A stretch of 64,000 nucleotides of DNA from Candidatus Latescibacterota bacterium (lineage in GTDB: Bacteria > Latescibacterota > UBA2968 > GCA-2709665), in NCBI GenBank assembly GCA_965205485.1, contig OZ242180.1, positions 1,664,001 to 1,728,000 on the forward strand. Direction: 5' to 3'. The translations under genes and the position numbers were made by a program. The notes beneath the pieces were generated by a model. The model ran no database searches and was not told where the DNA came from. It was given only the letters and a program-made list of their open reading frames with translations. Below are positions 60,514 through 64,000 of the stretch, piece by piece; position 1 is the stretch's first letter; each line of letters starts with the position of its first letter.

Positions 60514-62853
60514 ATGCTCCGAAATTACCTGATCGTTGCGTATCGCAATCTCATGCGCCACAGGGTCTACTCCCTGATCAACGTGGCGGGGCTCTCAATC
60601 GGGATCGCAATCTGCATTCTGGCGTTCTTGTACATCCGTAACCAGTGGACGTACGATGCGTTCCATGAGAATGCAGGCCGGATCTACAGGGCCTGCCTCG
60701 TTGACCGTACGGGTGCGAGTGGGCAGACGCCCGACGCGTTAGGTCCGGCCCTGGAAGAGGCGTTTCCGGACCTTCGAACCGTGAGGATGGGCTGGGGTGC
60801 TTCCTCGGTGAAGTATCAGGACCGGACCATTGTCGGAATTTTCAGAGTTGCCGATCCGGCGATTCTGGAAGTGTTTACCTTTCCCCTCCTCCGTGGAGAT
60901 CCGGCGACGGCAATGGAAGATCCCTACTCGCTCATTGTCACCGAAGGGGCATCTCGGAAGTACTTCGGCGACGAAGACCCCATCGGTAAAGTCCTTTCTG
61001 TGGAGATGTGGGGGCGACCGCCAGTGGTCCGGGACTTCGTTATCACCGGGATTGCGAAATCCATACCCAAGAATTCCAGCATTCGGTTTGATTTTCTGGC
61101 CACGATTGCGGATAGAGGCAAGGCGCGTAGCTGGTCAATGAGCTCTACCCAGACATTTGTATTGCTTTCAGAAAACAAACGTCCGGCGGATGTCGAAGAT
61201 CGATCTACAAAGTTACTCAGGGCAAACCGGGGAGAGCGGTGGAACGAGTCAATCACCTTGCAGCCACTGCTGGAGATGCATCTCAATCGGGGTAAACGCG
61301 GACCCGATGGAGCAGGAAACCCGGCGTTATCTTACATTCTGCTCGGTATCGCTCTCCTCGTCCTCACGATTGCCTGTGTGAACTTCATTACCCTCGCTGT
61401 GGGCCGATCTTACTACCGCGACCGGGAGGTGGCGATGCGGAAGGTGGCGGGTGCGTCCCGGAACCAGTTGAGGATGCAGTTTCTTGGAGAATCGACGCTA
61501 CTATGCCTTTTCGCGCTCATTGCCGGCGTTGGTTTAACGGAGCTTCTCCTGCCGGCTTTCAATAGTATTGTTGTCACCGACCTTGCCTTGGGCGATCAAG
61601 TCGACGGTGGGGGTCTGGCTCTTTTGGTTGGAATCATCGTAATCGTCGGACTGACCGCGGGCGGCTACCCTGCCTTCGTGCTGTCAGGGGTCCCGCCTGC
61701 TGCGGCATTGAAAGGCCGCATGCGGCTCGGTGGGCCGAGCCGATTCGGGCGTGCGCTGATGATATTGCAATTCGTTCTGTCCGTGTCCCTCGTCGTCACG
61801 GCGCTGCTAATGGTCAGGCAGTTTGATTTCCTGAGGTCGAAACCCCTGGGGTTTGACAGTGAACATCTTGTGCGCATCGATGCATTTGATACGCTGCAGC
61901 CGGGTACGGGACTGACCGAGGTTTACCGGAACGAGTTGTCAGGACACCATATGATTCTGGGCGTAACGGCCACCAGTCACACTCTGAGCAACAGGACGAG
62001 ACTCCATGGTATTGTCGAACATGAAGGAAAAGAGATCGATGTAGAACACATCGAAGTCGGCCATGATTTTCTGGAGACCATGGGCGTATCGCTCCTGGAA
62101 GGCGCCGATTTCGATCCACGTAAGCCGGGTTCATCGAGATTCTTTATTATCAACGAGTCCCTGGTCCATCGTCTGGGATGGGAAGGTCCGATCCAAGGCA
62201 GGACGCTGCGGGGAAACAACCGAAACTTTACTGTTATCGGAGTGGTACAGGACTTTCATTTTCGGTCTTTGCATCACAAAATCGGGCCTATGGTGTTGAC
62301 TTTCTTTCCTCGCCACACCTATCAGATGCTTGTCAGGATCCGTCCTGAGAACGTACCCGGTACACTGGCCTTCCTCAAGGACAAGTGGCGGAAGGTAGCG
62401 CCGGGCCGCGAGTTTCGCTATTCCTTTCTAGACGATGAACTGGACAGGCAGTACTGGAGGGAGGAACGATTAAGCCGCATTCTTGGATATGCTACGCTGC
62501 TGGCGATCTTCATTGCCTGTCTCGGCGCGTTCGGGCTTACCGCCCTTGCAGTGGCCAGGCGTACCCGGGAGATTGGGATCCGGAAGGTACTGGGCGCCCA
62601 TGCGTCCGGGATTGTCTCCCTGTTATCCAGGGATTTTGTTAAGCTCGTGGTCATTGCGAGTCTGATCGCGTTCCCGGCGGCGTACTATGCGACGGAACGA
62701 TGGCTGCAAGATTTCGCGTACCGGATCGACCCGGACTTTCCTTCCTTTGCGATAGGCGCGGCGTTCGTGCTGCTGGCTGTCCTGCTGACCGTGAGCGTCC
62801 AGGCCATCCGGGCGGCCTGGGCGAATCCGGTGGATGCGCTGCGTACCGAGTGA
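60514..62853 (+). CDS. MacB/FtsX-type ABC permease P5
   Basis: MLRNYLIVAYRN, RRTREIGIRK and ANPVDALRTE; P1/P2 subfamily (WTYDAFHENA, CLGAFGLT). Confidence 0.93.
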   Translation: MLRNYLIVAYRNLMRHRVYSLINVAGLSIGIAICILAFLYIRNQWTYDAFHENAGRIYRACLVDRTGASGQTPDALGPALEEAFPDLRTVRMGWGASSVKYQDRTIVGIFRVADPAILEVFTFPLLRGDPATAMEDPYSLIVTEGASRKYFGDEDPIGKVLSVEMWGRPPVVRDFVITGIAKSIPKNSSIRFDFLATIADRGKARSWSMSSTQTFVLLSENKRPADVEDRSTKLLRANRGERWNESITLQPLLEMHLNRGKRGPDGAGNPALSYILLGIALLVLTIACVNFITLAVGRSYYRDREVAMRKVAGASRNQLRMQFLGESTLLCLFALIAGVGLTELLLPAFNSIVVTDLALGDQVDGGGLALLVGIIVIVGLTAGGYPAFVLSGVPPAAALKGRMRLGGPSRFGRALMILQFVLSVSLVVTALLMVRQFDFLRSKPLGFDSEHLVRIDAFDTLQPGTGLTEVYRNELSGHHMILGVTATSHTLSNRTRLHGIVEHEGKEIDVEHIEVGHDFLETMGVSLLEGADFDPRKPGSSRFFIINESLVHRLGWEGPIQGRTLRGNNRNFTVIGVVQDFHFRSLHHKIGPMVLTFFPRHTYQMLVRIRPENVPGTLAFLKDKWRKVAPGREFRYSFLDDELDRQYWREERLSRILGYATLLAIFIACLGAFGLTALAVARRTREIGIRKVLGAHASGIVSLLSRDFVKLVVIASLIAFPAAYYATERWLQDFAYRIDPDFPSFAIGAAFVLLAVLLTVSVQAIRAAWANPVDALRTE

Positions 62854-62879
62854 AGACCATCTTTCCGCATCCTCGACAC

Positions 62880-62996
62880 TGTTCGTTTTCGGACATTGGT
62901 GTATCAAAATCGGACACTTGATTGACGTCTCTTCGCTAGAGTAAACGATATACAGTCGAAATCTATGTGCAAATGACTGTTGGCACGGTTGTCGCT
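62880..62996 (+). promoter_or_regulatory. Paired activator sites and sigma54 promoter (copy 3)
   Basis: TGTTCGTTTTCGGACA (62880-95), TGTATCAAAATCGGACA (62900-16) and TGGCACGGTTGTCGCT (62981-96). Confidence 0.85.
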
Positions 62997-63045
62997 TTAT
63001 TGATCCGCCAGGCCGTCAGAATCCGTAAATTCGATACAAGAAGGA

Positions 63046-63678
63046 GTGAATACAATTTCCGATGAGATGAAATGTGAATGCAGGAACCTGGACGTCACGC
63101 CTGAATCCGACGCGTCGGTGATCGATCGGGCGCTTGCAGGCGACGAGTGGGCCTTTACGTACCTTTACAGGGCCCACCGCGATCGGGTGCGTGCGCTTGT
63201 GAGGCGCGATTCAGAAGGCCCGGACGAGACCGAGGACCTGGTCCAGATGGTCTTCATCAAGGCGTTTCTGGGGCTGGCCGGTTTTCGCGGACAGGCCGCT
63301 TTCACCACGTGGCTCACGCGCATCGCGTTGAATGAGTGTACCAATTACGTGCGGTCCCTGAAAAGGCGGAAGACCTGGTTGAGTGAGATTGAGGATGCCG
63401 TGCCCGCGATCCAGGCGCGCTGGCTGCCGGCTGCTGGCGAAGATCCCGAAACGGCGATGGTCCGGAAGGAACGCAGGGAAATCGTGAAGCGGAGCATCAA
63501 TGCGCTGCCGGAACGTCACCGCGACGCGGTCTGTCTGCATTATCTTATGGATCGGTCCTACGATGAGATCGCCGAGCAGCTGCAGGTACCGGTGGGGACC
63601 CTGAAAGTCTGGATGTACCGGGGGCGGCAGGGTTTGAGGCGGGAAGTCGAGCGGCAGGGGATGGCGGGGGATTTATAG
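63046..63678 (+). CDS. ECF-family RNA polymerase sigma factor
   Basis: GD..AF, EDLVQ..F, F.TWL.RIA.N and LP...R...SY.EIA..L..PVGT.K...RGR; AAGGAG RBS. Confidence 0.93.
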   Translation: MNTISDEMKCECRNLDVTPESDASVIDRALAGDEWAFTYLYRAHRDRVRALVRRDSEGPDETEDLVQMVFIKAFLGLAGFRGQAAFTTWLTRIALNECTNYVRSLKRRKTWLSEIEDAVPAIQARWLPAAGEDPETAMVRKERREIVKRSINALPERHRDAVCLHYLMDRSYDEIAEQLQVPVGTLKVWMYRGRQGLRREVERQGMAGDL

Positions 63679-63739
63679 CGGCGGCCTGAGATCCCGTAAT
63701 GCTCGAGGCCGGCGTTTCAGAGGACGTTGAGTCAAAACG

Positions 63740-64000
63740 ATGGAAGAGCAAAAACCAAAGAAGGAAAAGGGACGCGTGTTGCGTCTGAATCGTTCAGGCG
63801 CGTCGTCTGATCGCCAGGCTTCCGATCCGGAGGCGTCTCAAGGTCCGGCGGACTCGGTAGGCGGAGACAAACCGGTCCCCGGTTTCGTGAATCCGGGTAC
63901 GTCCGCGTCTGGACGGGAGACGCCATCCACGGGCATGGACCGCAAGATCGAGAAGAAGCTGTTGACGTCGAAGCGCATCATCACTGCAGGGGCGGTCACC
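63740..64000 (+). CDS. 5' fragment of a probable HlyD-family/MacA-like periplasmic adaptor (runs off the window)
   Basis: Open from ATG 63740 (alternative ATG 63935) to the window end. MDRKIEKKLLTSKRIITAGAV resembles the basic pre-TM N-terminus of adaptors that accompany these permeases. Confidence 0.55.
   Translation, partial: MEEQKPKKEKGRVLRLNRSGASSDRQASDPEASQGPADSVGGDKPVPGFVNPGTSASGRETPSTGMDRKIEKKLLTSKRIITAGAVT

Overview
GC-rich bacterial chromosome segment beginning at a probable replication origin. The gene content would fit Latescibacterota or a related FCB/PVC lineage, but that is inference only. 1-28.8 kb is mostly housekeeping: a DnaA-box cluster with no dnaA visible, dnaN-recF-DUF721/dciA-gyrB-gyrA, hom, tRNA-Asp, mfd-surA-S4 protein, methyltransferase, nrnA, argF, tmk, S41 protease, an ATP-grasp/larE pair, def, PHP, pncB, moaD/moaE and a glutaminyl cyclase. 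28.9-38.9 kb is catabolic: heparinase II/III, CocE/NonD, a helical-barrel protein, a frameshifted Gfo/Idh/MocA gene, SUI1 and a phytoene-dehydrogenase-like gene. 39-64 kb holds the most striking system: a sensor kinase and sigma54 activator, five ~800-aa MacB/FtsX-type permease paralogues with mosaic, homogenised ends, a DUF4097 lipoprotein, an ECF sigma with no adjacent anti-sigma, and the start of a probable HlyD-type adaptor. A recurring cis module links these units: a paired TGT-N10/11-ACA site placed 100-101 bp upstream of a sigma54 -24/-12 promoter (3 copies), plus a divergent sigma54 promoter facing the regulator operon. Intergenic DNA is rich in several REP/REPIN-like families and an IS5-like MITE with TNA target duplications. 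An uncalled 24-aa Arg-rich ORF has its own RBS and terminator.
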